DNA from: Phallusia mammillata
Lineage: Eukaryota
Assembly (NCBI GenBank): GCA_965637545.1
Contig: OZ281497.1
Location: 9,114,001 to 9,178,000, forward strand
DNA length: 64,000 nt
Reading direction: 5' to 3'
Position numbers and translations under genes: made by a program. The stretch's first letter is position 1. Each line of letters begins with the position of its first letter. This document shows positions 1 through 11,600 of this stretch, in pieces. The notes beneath the pieces were generated by a model. The model saw nothing but the letters and a program-made list of their open reading frames with translations. It was not told where the DNA came from and ran no database searches.

Positions 1-748
1 ATTGTCAAGGTTGTTTTCATGGCACCCACAGCAAACAATCTGATAGACATGCACGTCAATAAACAATTAATCCCTGCCCATTTTCAGACAATTTGCTTTC
101 AAGTTTTCGCAAATACTCTATGCGCCGTAGCTCTACCACAGTTCGTACTGCTTACAATCGAGGGCGACTTATATCATTTTTACCACCTCAACATGCGGTT
201 TTTGAGCAAGGGCGATTAGTAATCGAGAGTGGCTTAATTAGAATCGAGTAAATACAGTAATTGCCTAATTCAATTTTAAACTTTGATTTCATGTTTCCCT
301 TAGACTAGTGGTGTTGGGTTCTCACGCCCTTGTGGGGTCTGGTGTTGTCATAAAAACATTAGAATTATGTAACGAACAGTTCTGTCAAGTTTTGTTGATC
401 AAGCCCGACGGAGATCCCCTTTTTTGTCAAGTTTCGTTTTACGCCGGGTGACATTAAAAGCAAACTTTGCATAAGGAGCAAAACAAAAAAATTTACTCTA
501 AATCATACATAAAAAACAGACCGACGAACCAAACACGAGTTTTATTAATGACCAAGCAAAAACAGTATATTGACACCAAGAAAAACACAGTTTACACCGA
601 CTTCAACAAGTACACCCAGCAATACCTCTACATCACTTGGTACACCGGGAAAGTTATCACACACAAAATTACATGCCACATGAACATCAAATTGCTAAGC
701 CAAAATAGACCGAAATTAATGTTTTGTTTAACTGTTATAAAAAATAAA

Positions 749-3700
749 TCATATAAACCTATACATTAAATCAAAACCTTTATCAGTTACTGAACCATCT
801 GTCATGAATGCAATAAACATGTCAGTTGACGTTGAATTAAGGTAAGAGCCTATCGGTGGATTGGCAGAAATTCGTGGGGAGCTCGTAGACAGGCCATCAA
901 ACAATAAAAGATAGTCGCAACAGTCTTCTAATGCAATATCAGCAACGTAAATTTCAACCATATAGCCATAATACGGAGCATGAATGCTCCAAGTAGTGCA
1001 AATGTCATTTAGGTAGTTGTTGGGATAATTAATGGATGTAAAGCTGTTATAATAGGAAGAGGCATTTAGGTGCTGAGTATCGTTACAACTTGCCGGGAGA
1101 GTCAATTGGTAAATGAAATTAAAGCCGCTACTTGTTACTATTTGATCAGTCACTAAATTTATATGTATGAAGCGGGATACAAATGGTTCGGTTGGATAAC
1201 TACTCCCAGTTAGGTTTGTTGTGCCTTTATCCGTAAATATTGTAACAAAATCATAATTGTATTCTAAGTCGAGATCGACAATTTCCAATGATACCCAAAG
1301 GCCGTAGCTCCCATAGATATACCACCAGCAATCAATATTGTTATAATATTGGTCGGGATAGTTTGGCGAGGATACGTAATAATATTGACCAATTTGTGGA
1401 TACAAATACTCCCAATTACAAGTTTCATTGCGAAGCGAATCAGTAGTGTTAGCAATTACACCGGGAACAGTTGTACCCATCACAGGAGTTGTTTCGTTTG
1501 CCGGAGCAATTTCAACATGATATGTAAAGTTAAAACCACGACTTGTTACAGTACCATCAGTGATAAACCGAATATTCATATAATCAATAGAAGTAACAGT
1601 TCCATTAGGGCGATCAGTACCGTACAAGGTCATACTAAAATCATAACCATATATTGCAACATAATCATAATAATTTTCTAAACTTATGTCAATTACATCC
1701 AATAAAATCAACTCATTGTAAGCATAGATATACCACCAGCAATAAATATCATTGTAATATTGACCGGGATAATTAGGAGATGACAAGTAATAGTATTGAC
1801 CCGTTTGTGGGTATAAATATTCATAGCCACAAGTTTCGTTGCCAGTTGTTTCGTTTGTTAAAGCACTTTCCACATAGTACATAAAGTTAAAACCACGGCT
1901 TGTTACAGAACCATCAGTAACAAAATTTATATCCATCCAATTTTTGGCAATAATCGTTTCATTCGGAGCACTGGTACCATACAAGCTGGTTAAAAGGCCG
2001 CCTTGGAAGTATATTGAAACATAATCATAGCTGTACTCTAAACTTAAATCAATTACATCCAATGAAATCCAATCATAGTAGGCATAGATATACCAACGGC
2101 AATTAATATTGTTATAATACTGCCCAGGATAGTTAGGGGAAGTCAAGTAATAGTATTGACCTGTTTGAGGATATAAATATTCATAGTTACAAGTTTCATT
2201 GGGAAGTAAATCAGTGGTGTTAGGAACCACACCAGAAACAGTGGTCCCTACAACAGGAGTTGTTTCAATTGCCGAAGCATTTCCAACAAAATATGTAAAG
2301 TTAAATCCTCTTCTTGTTACGGAACCATCCGTTACAAAGTTAATCCCCATGAATCGGCTCGCAACAAATTGCTCGTTAGTGAAACCTGAGCCAGTTAAGG
2401 TTGCAATAGAGCCATTTTGGTCTCTCAGATCAACATAATCGAAGGAGTTTTCTAAATCCAAATCCAAAACTTGCAAAGTGATTGACTCATATAAGTAAGA
2501 ATAAATATGCCACACACAATTGATGTTGTTATAGTACTGGTTGGGATAGTTGGGCGAAGTCAAATAATAATAGTAATCACTATTTTGTGGATATAAATCT
2601 ACATGTCCACAAGTTTCATTGCCAATCGAGCCAGTTGTGTTCGAAATCACACCAGGAGTTGTTGTCGTAACAGGCATAGTTTGTGTTGTCAAACTAATTG
2701 TACCAACCGAAGTTAACGCCCTAAAACCAGTTTTTGATTTGGAACAATCAGAAGTCAAATGCAACGACATACTACTTCCGGTGGACTGGTACAAGGTAAA
2801 ATTGTTCTGATTGGTTAATGCACCAGATAAAATGGCAATCACTGGACCGTGTAAGGAGTTACCGTCATAGATGGTGAGTCGATCGCAGCATTCCTCGATG
2901 TCGATATCGACGATATTGAGTTGAACCACTTTATCGTCAGGCACACGAACCAACCACGCGATGTCAGCAGAGTTGGGATAGGGTTGAGGATAGTTGGGAG
3001 AAAATATTTCACCCACCAAATTCTCAACAGTGGAGCCAGAAAGATCAAAAAGCACCTGAGCTCTGTTTTGTATCTTCACACCGGAGTCGATCATGTCTTG
3101 CACAGTTTCTTTGTACTCGATGTTGAAGGTGACCTCCTTGTTGCCTTTGATGTGGACCGTGTTCTTTGCAGTTTGAATGTCAATGTTGAAATCATCTTTA
3201 AAAAGGACAGTGTAACTTTAAACAAAAGTAATCTAAATAGCAACAAACTTAGATTTTTTTGTCCTTATTAGTAGAGATGTACCGAATATTCGGTTTGCCG
3301 AATTTATTCGGCCGAATCGGCCACTTTTGCAAAGATTCGGTTTCGGCCGAATAATTTGTTGCGATTCGGCCGAAACCGAATCTTTTACGAACACTCATTT
3401 AAAGCGTTATACGTGTTTTTTTCTGCTTAGTACCAACGAAATCGCGTCAATCATTATATTTTTTTAACACATTGTCGCTTTTCCCACTGCAGACGGAAAT
3501 CAGTAATTCATTGTGGGGTTGGCAATCAATGTTATACCTCACTGAACTAAAATAAGGACGAAACAAAACCATTCTGCACTTATTGCCTGGTAGAACAACT
3601 TATGTTTTCATGTCAAACGCGTAGGGTACGAATTCGCGTGACGTCATAAATGATTCGGTTGATTCGGCCGAATTTATTCGGCAAAACCGCCGAATATTCG

Positions 3701-4790
3701 GTTTCGGCCGAATCGAAATTTCGCCGATTCGGTACATCACTACTTATTAGTCGATTTAAGTTATAAGTAGTAACCCACATAAATATTTAGTTAAACCTAA
3801 ACCGACCTAAACGTTTTGTCGAATGCATGGCAGCCACGTGATCATTCCTCTTTGCTTTTTCGAGCACCTCTTGCGCCTCCTTGTGGTTGGTTTTTCTTCC
3901 CTTGTACGCCACCCCTTCGGTGTGCATTGTAAATGACGTCATCTCTGCGTAGTCGGGAAGGTAAGTGTGAAATCCGACGTCATCGGCTGTTTCACCAGAG
4001 TTCATGATTGTGACCTTCAGGTTTTGAACGTCATTGAATGCTGGTGAGGGAATGGGCCACGTGACTTTTGCCTAAAACGTTATAGAAATGGGTGAAAATA
4101 TTTGTTTTGCCAAAAATGTTAAATGGAATCCATGAACCAAATACCTAGGGTTGCCATCCACACGGAACCGAAAATAGAACCGATAAATTAAGTTTCCATA
4201 CGAAACGAAACAAACGTTTTCGAATAAATCTATGCATTTATACGAACCATGACATATTTTATGCGACAATCAATCTGTTCCAGCAACTCCTTGTTTGTAG
4301 AAAATACTTTATGCATCTTAGGAAGGCTCAGGTTTACATTTTTACTTGTAGCAGGGATTTGATTTGTAATTGTCGAAAATAAAACAAAATAAGGACACAA
4401 GTCAAAACGAAGGACATTTTTTTAGAAATAAGGACGATATGACAACCCTGCTTATACCACTAACTAAGTCATGTTCCAAATGAACAACGAGGTACAGCTT
4501 ATACATACCCATCAGAATATGAAACGATATAAAATATGAAACGTACTACAACACAAATTCACTGATGTCCCTTGTTGGCGGACTGTTGGTACTGAGAGTA
4601 AGTCTAGATTTAAACCCCCAAAAAAAAAAAACACAAAAAAAAAACAGAAAAATATATTTCTACCTACTTTTTCGTAGATTGGTTGGGGAAAAAGTCCAAC
4701 GACAAAAGCTTCGTCGTCTTTCGTCGCATCACAAAAGCAGATCAAAGTCCCCAGAAAATATATTAAAGCTAAAAACTCGTAATAAAGCAT
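749..4790 (-). CDS. Secreted VIT-like domain + six CUB domain protein (4 exons, ~960-970 aa)
   Basis: Exon 1 4790-4664: ATG at 4790, hydrophobic signal peptide MLYYEFLALIYFLGTLICFCDA. Exon 2 4603-4563, after a 60-nt GT-AG intron. Exon 3 4071-3807 (or -3797). Exon 4 3195 (or 3215)-749. Phases are compatible for both exon 3/4 junction options. Exon 4 has six SPNYP/SINYP-type CUB motifs, each with a W strand, E-x-x-x-D and T/S-D motifs. Exon 3 resembles the ITIH VIT domain (N...F...LP..A..T.F.M...G..Y.G......EAQ). No C-terminal TM or GPI signal. AATAAA on the minus strand at 541-546. Confidence 0.85.
3272..3742. mobile_element. Non-autonomous hAT-type DNA transposon (MITE), intact
   Basis: TIRs TAGAGATGTACCGA / TCGGTACATCACTA (1 mismatch). 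Perfect 8-bp TSD CTTATTAG at 3264-3271 and 3743-3750. Many subterminal CCGAAT/ATTCGG motifs. Lies in intron 3 of the CUB gene. Confidence 0.92.
4146..4450. mobile_element. Degenerate MITE (AGGGTTGYCA termini)
   Basis: Left end TAGGGTTGCCA, right end TGACAACCCTG. Flanks CAAATACC / CTTATACC match at 6 of 8 positions, a possible decayed hAT TSD. Confidence 0.5.
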
Positions 4791-6270
4791 TGCCAAATGC
4801 CTTCAGCTGTTTCTGCAAGGTATTTTTTATTTTATATTGTAGTAAACATATCCAGAAAGAAACAGGAATAATAACACTTTACAAACACACGGTCGGTTTG
4901 GTAACCATTGCGACAATATATTCGTCGTTGTTGCTGTAATGGCCTTAAACATTAACTTCCAAAAGTACGTTTTATCTGTTTTGTAATTTGATCCCAAATA
5001 TTACTCTTTTCTAGTGGTAAATCATAAATAATTTTATCACTTAAACTAAGCCCACTATAGTCAACACATTTGCAATTGTACACCTATTTCGACAATACTA
5101 AATCTTGAAGTTGTTTTGCGTTTAAATAGCCAGAAACAAGTCATCGTGAGAAGCAACATCTTGTAACACTTTTTGGGACTTTGTTATCGATAAGCTATTA
5201 CTTGACTCAGATGCTCTGTTCCCACATTATGATGCAACCTACATGAAACGACCAGGGGCTGAAAACTCTCCCATCGATTTGTTTACAAGATTTCCTTTCC
5301 AACTACACTAAAGTGTTTTTCCTTTTTTTATTGGGCATTAAAATTTGTCGAGATTTTGAAAATTGGCAACAAAATAAAATCAAAAATTAAAAACAATACT
5401 TTATCAATAAAAGACATCGTTGGGGTTGGCCATAAAAAATTGTGGATAAAAACGCTTCTTTTTTATGCAATTTGTCACTTAGGCTGACCTTCTGTGGGAA
5501 TATAATACACAAAAGTATGTATGAAATGCAAGTTTTGGAAATTCTTTGCTTTATTTGCGTTCATCTCCTTTTCTTTTTACTTTTCTTAACGACTGTTAGC
5601 TAGTTTCAAACACGGATCGGTTCCATTTAAAGCTAAAAACAAAAGTATATCCGCGCATAAAGTTAAGCAATGAAATTGTGGTTATCTTAGGTACATACAA
5701 ATTGTCAACTTAGATAACCAGAGTTTCTCCCCACTTCGTCACTTCGACGCCAAATTGCCCCCAAACAAACTTTCCAACAGCCGTTTGTCTTCACAGGAAA
5801 TAACTTTAAAGTTCATCAACCCTGAAATGCACTATTAACCCAGCCAAAAGCATTAAACTTATTTAAGTTTTGTGAAATGATCCCAGACGTTGCTGCCATG
5901 TTCCGAAATCATGATAAAATTCATTGATTGTGACGTAACAAAGCGCCTGCAATGATTGGTGGAGAAATCTTTATCGTAACAATGCTCTTTGGTGATAAAA
6001 TGTTGTGCAGACCACGTTTCAAATTTTCTTTCTGTGCAGTGAACTGTTTTGTAGTTGCAGTTTGAGGTTAAAATAAGTTAGGAAGTATTTATGTGCTAAC
6101 ATTACAGTGTATTATGTGCGGCTAATTGAGCATGAATGCTAATAAAAATAATTTTAAAGTGCTGAAACGTCTTATTCTGTCAAAGTGTCTGTAATTTAGA
6201 CCAGGTTTCCTTACAAGTTGACACATAACTTGTTTGTGTGTAATTGTATTAGATTAATGTCGGGTTTGTG

Positions 6271-6410
6271 CAGTGGTGGGATTCAAATTTTTTGTCAGTC
6301 GGTTATATCACAAAAGTCACATTTTTCTGCTACAAAAAGTTTGACAGTAACCAGTAATGCTAACCGATTCACTGATCTCCTAAAATTTCGTTAACCCACA
6401 AAGAAATTCG
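6271..6410. repeat. Dispersed MITE family with CAGTGGTGGGATTCA terminus, copy 1 (partial, inverted relative to the 38.2-kb copy)
   Basis: Its reverse complement matches 38200-38335 (GCGAACCGATTAGCATTAC..., GACTTTTGTGATA, CTGACAAAAAA). Shares its terminus with the copy at 51168. Confidence 0.65.
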
Positions 6411-8644
6411 CAAGTATTTTGTTTATTTTACGCCACTCGGTTTTCATACAAAACACAAAATCGATTTGGAACAATAAACAAGGGGGGTCGTCGCACCCCT
6501 AGCGCACAATCTGATAGACATGTACACGTCAATAAACAACAGTTACAGTGATCAGAAAGGTAGTTTTCGCTTCACGTAAGGCACAACACACTTTACTGAA
6601 ATGACTTGGAGGCACATGCTGACAATGATTTTTAATTTGACAAAATATATCAGTTATATGTGCCCTAACAAATGCCTTTTATAGACCTGTAAAGAGGCAC
6701 ATTGATATATCGTAAGCTTAAAACGCCTTATTGGCATGTCTTGATTTGATAAGGGTCGTAGTTTGAATGAAGTAGGGCATTTTCTGTGTGGTCGACAGGC
6801 AAGTTCACGGGCAAACACGTTATCACAAGACACCTTTACGTCACCAAGATTGCGCGCGCAGTCGGCGCGAATAATCACGTGATGAAATTAGTCTACTGCA
6901 TGTTAACCTTGTTAATTAAGCGAATAAATCAAAATGTGCTCCGAATTATAAAATGTCCCGAATCGATACGATAAGTAACTGAATGACAATTACGGAACAT
7001 TGTCGATAGCAATGACGTCACCAACCGCTTTTTACGAAACAACGCGTTACGAATATGTATGACATTTTATTTAATGCATCGATTTATATAGTCATTGCTT
7101 GCAAGAGCACGACATTGTGTTCAAATTCAATCCAGTCAATGTTACAATTTTCGAATGTTGATGTGTGTGCACGACAAAAAAGGACAAATTCCATGAATGA
7201 TAGCAACATAAATTCCGTTAAGAAACCCTCAGCGAAATACGGAGGCCCTCTATTCTCGGCAATTATTGGTTACAAATAAATATACAACGTGTTAGAAATG
7301 GCGCATAACTCTTTGCTAACAATAGGATACAATGCTGTCCAGTTTTGTTCATATGGATAGGGGTTAAGTTAAGTGGTAAGAGAGTTTCAATTAAAAAAAT
7401 TAGCTTATATTCCTGAGTGAAAATGATCCCTACAAAACTATGTCCTGTGATTGAAGGATCAATATTACTGCTATCCGCAATATGTATTACTTGTAGGCCC
7501 CCTTTTGTATCCCACTATGCATCAAAAGCGCTACCACTGCTGTGGGTCAGGCAACCTAAGCAGTTTTGCGTTAACACTGATAATGCAGCGAGCGCAAACT
7601 CCATTGCGCTTTTCAAAAACAAGAGAGCGGCTTGAAGAAGGTGGAGGTTAGGTGGCGAGAGAAAAAGAAAGAAGGGTGGTTGCCCAGGGAGATAACTCCA
7701 ACGGACAATTTAGGGGTAAAATACGATCGCTTGCATAAATTTTGTTGCGGGCGCTGGGCGTTGTGAAAAACGGAGTGAAAAACAACGATAAATGTATTTG
7801 TATGTAAAAGTCTTTACAGAAGCCGGGAGTATGTGGGACAAAAGTAAAAATAGACAACACTCGGTAAATTTGAATTTACAAAAACTACAAACTGGTCGCG
7901 CAGCAAGAAAAAAAGGCAAAACAAGCGGAACACTTATAAGTTAAAAAGGAAAGTCGACCACCTTTAAACACCTTAGTTAATATCGTTTGACTTCGACCCT
8001 CCATTTTCAAGGGTCGGTCATCCCCGGGGTACAAGATCACGCCTTACATAGATATCAGTGCTTCACCCTATCAACACCTGGGGCTTGTAGGGCCCCAAGG
8101 TTTGTTCTAGGTGTCCGTAAGCGTTGGTTTAAAAGAGCATTTTTAGTTTCTTCTAATCACAAGCTACTGATCCGCTTTGGTAAAATTTTACTTGGAGATC
8201 GTTCCTTAATGAACTTGAATGAGGGATATGTTACTGCAAACATTTTGGAAACCACCGCCCTACAAGATGAGATACACCTTTACGGTATAGACAAGCTAAT
8301 GGTAAACAATATGCCTAAGGTATCTGGTACCAGATTTGCAAGTGGGTTCTAAATTTGAGAACTATATAAATCAATATGTTCTGTGTACATTCACATTTGG
8401 GGAAATATAGTAAAGTTGAAAGACAAATTAGGAATACCAGAGTGTGAATTCAGGCCTGGACCAAGACCATTTTTGTTCGAAAACTTAAATCCAATCCCTG
8501 CTTGACTTACAATTTTGTGATGAGCGAAGCACAGCGTCGACCAATCGTCTCCCACTCTGCTGTACACGGTTATTTCATTTACCTCTCGAGCGGTAAAATA
8601 ACCTTTTCAATGTGTGTTTTATTCCAGAATTCATCTTTGTCAAC

Positions 8645-11600
8645 TCATTTAATGTAGAGTTTATAGATTTCGTTGCCATTGATATCGTCTAACGGCATTT
8701 TTCCATTCTTTCGCCGCCGTACAGCACGATGGACCTTCTCGAGCGCTTCAAAATCGTTGTCGGAAAATTCTGACTCTAACCCGAGCTTGTAAGTTGGCTT
8801 GTTGTTGGCCTTCGACTCGCCATTTTGCGTTTTGTCAAGGTTTAGCGTCGGATTTTCCCGCACAGGAACGGCAACCTTCTCGAGGTGTGAAAATGCATTT
8901 GCGTAAACCTGGGGATGGCGGATCTTCGCTGTGAATTTCAGTTGTTTCGGTCGCATAGAGAGATTGTAAACGCCCTCAAGCTCCGGTGGATGGTCAGAAT
9001 CCGGCTCCAGTTCGGCCACACTGAAAAAGGTGGCCATAAAATGCATGAGCAGGAGACGAGAGATTTCATCGCCAGGGCATTTTCGTATACCAGTGGAAAA
9101 TGATAAATAGCGTTCGTGCGGTTTGTGCACGAGCGAACCGTCAGAGTTTAGGAACCTGTATGGGTCAAAATCATCGGCGTTTTCCCACGCACCATCGTCA
9201 CGATTCGCTGCATATTGATTCACAAAAATGATGGAATTTTCTGGAATATGATATTGACCCAGGGTTGTAGGCTCGGTGGTACTGTGCGGGATCGTGGAGG
9301 GAGTAAAGGACGAGTGACGGAAGATCTCATGCAGAACAGCCTCGGTAAAAGGAAAGTTGTGACGGTCGTCGATGGTCGGTAAACGCCGGCCGCGAAGTGT
9401 GCGGTCAAGTTCATCTTTAATCTGCAAAAGAGCAACGAATTACATACACTGAAACCCTTGGCCAAAATGTTTCAAGTTTTGACATTTAATGCAAAATGTA
9501 CGTTAAGATATAATCAATAAATAAATATAAACGAACTTATAGAACTATTGCTGACAGCGAAATAAAAACAGATAAAACAGCTTTAAAATCGGTTAATCCC
9601 CAAAACAGCAGCGTACGTTAGATTGATCTTTAAAAATCGTGTTTTTAAGGGAAATCTTAACGTTGACAAATGTTGCGACAATTTCTTTGCACTAAAAAAT
9701 TATTTCAACATCTAAAGCAGAGCTAATGCTGCAAAAACAACGCATATCTATAAAATACAGACAAAAAAACAACAATTATATTATATAAGCTACCAAAAAA
9801 TTACCTTTTGCTGATGATCAGTGAAATAAATAAGGTACAGGAAAATCCACTGGATGATGGTAGAGAGCGTATCCTGACCCGCCCCGAAGACGTCGGTTGT
9901 TAAGGCAATCACGTCTTCCTCGGTCATATTGACCTTAGGATTGTCGATGCTCTCTGCAATGTACGTGTCCACTACATCTCGTACAACGCCGTGTACGTAC
10001 GTTTGGCGATGTTCCTTGCTCCTATACACGAGATGGCGCATTAGAGCAGGTTTGGCAGAGATTGACTGACAAGCGATGGCCAGTGTAATGTATAGACAAT
10101 GGTTTGTCAGTAAAAATCTTGTTTACAAAGAAACTAACGTTTTAAAACGCAAGCACAAGCAAAACGTTTGCAAAAACATATACTGGCTACTGCTCAAAAG
10201 ACAAGTAACATTTTTCTTTTTGGGGGGTATAATAAAAAATATTTTTGCTATAATCAATAAAAATGCTTAGTATAAGTTTGCGTTATTGCCCAAAAGACTC
10301 AACTATTTGTGAAACAATCTATACTGTACACAAGGAACCAAAAAAGTATCCAAGTACTTCCAAGAACAGCTAAAGTAACCAACTACTATCCAAGAACAGC
10401 TAAGGGATTAGTGAATGACTTTGCTCGTTATGGTCCACTAGTAACTTGTACGTCATAGGGGCTTATAAGGTCACTTTGTTGTGACAGTCACACCTACTTA
10501 ATGAAGTGCAAGACATACCGTGCAATCATCCAGTTATTCGTACGGTTGTTCAAGAAATCGAAGGTCTTGACAACGTTGGCGAATTTAGGTATTACCTGCA
10601 AGAAATGGAAAGGTTTGGTTTAGTTTTGTTAAACACAATTTAGCTATTAGAATCCTAAATAACAAATCTATCATTGGTTCAACCAGCATAACGATTTTTT
10701 AAATGGTGTTTGTTGGGTCCAAATGTAAAAAATATTGTCAGGAAAAACGATTCAAAAGGGGTTTTACTCTTTTGCACACTCGACAAAAGTAGTTCAAAAA
10801 TGGTTAAAAATTGATTCAATTGTTTCGCATGAAACAGTTGTTTGCAAACATTTAACCGAGGTGTCTCACAAAGATATGCAGTACAAGGCAAGAGTATTAA
10901 GATTTTACGTCCATAGCTCAAAAAGACCAAAAGTAAAATACTGTAAAATTCTGTGTAAAACATACTGGAAAAACGTAGTACTGTAAAATTCGAGAAAAAA
11001 TAAGTTGTTTCAACATCGAAACAGATGTGTCGCAATCGTTCAGGATAAGCCAACTAAAACGCCCTTTCGGAGCTAAGGACTGAAATCCCCTTTTATACGC
11101 GCCTGGGCCAGCTGTGCATGGGTCTAAACAGCAAGGTATGGTCGGAATGCAAGGGGCTCCTAGTTTTCATAGAGGTTCCTGTCAGTAATGGTGTTGCCCG
11201 CTCTCGAAGATGTGCCCGAGCGTGCAGCAACGACACAACGATGCTCTTTATGACGTAATAAGTCTCCCATGACGCCGCGGCGTGCCGGAGGCGGGTTCAC
11301 GCGTCCGGAGCCCGAGTCGGTTTGTCATGTGACTTGGGTGGGACAATGGCAGAACATGACTTGCCTTTTCATTTTCGAAACGCAGTTTCTTTTCTATAGG
11401 CCTGTTGAACCGTTGTAACCCTTGCTAGGTTAGTAGGAGAGACCCGCCATTTACAAAGTGCGTTATCTTAGATTAAAACCATATTCGTTCAAACTTTTAG
11501 TAGCACTTTTGGAAACAACGGCCATGGAATATTTTTCTATGGTCTGATTGGAAAGAAAGTTTTGTTGTTTGCGTAAATCGCTTTCCATCTGACAATCCGT

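Noticed and set aside
3101-3103. Start of the 784-aa CUB ORF given by the ORF track
   Set aside because: It is an internal GTG. The frame stays open upstream to a splice acceptor, and upstream exons supply a signal peptide.
4604-4663. Hydrophobic FFCFFFVFFFF stretch as a transmembrane helix
   Set aside because: It is the read-through of a 60-nt GT-AG intron made largely of poly-T.
7987-8352. 121-aa ORF downstream of CYP as a retroelement or gene fragment
   Set aside because: Non-ATG start, and no RT, integrase or transposase motif recognised on either strand.
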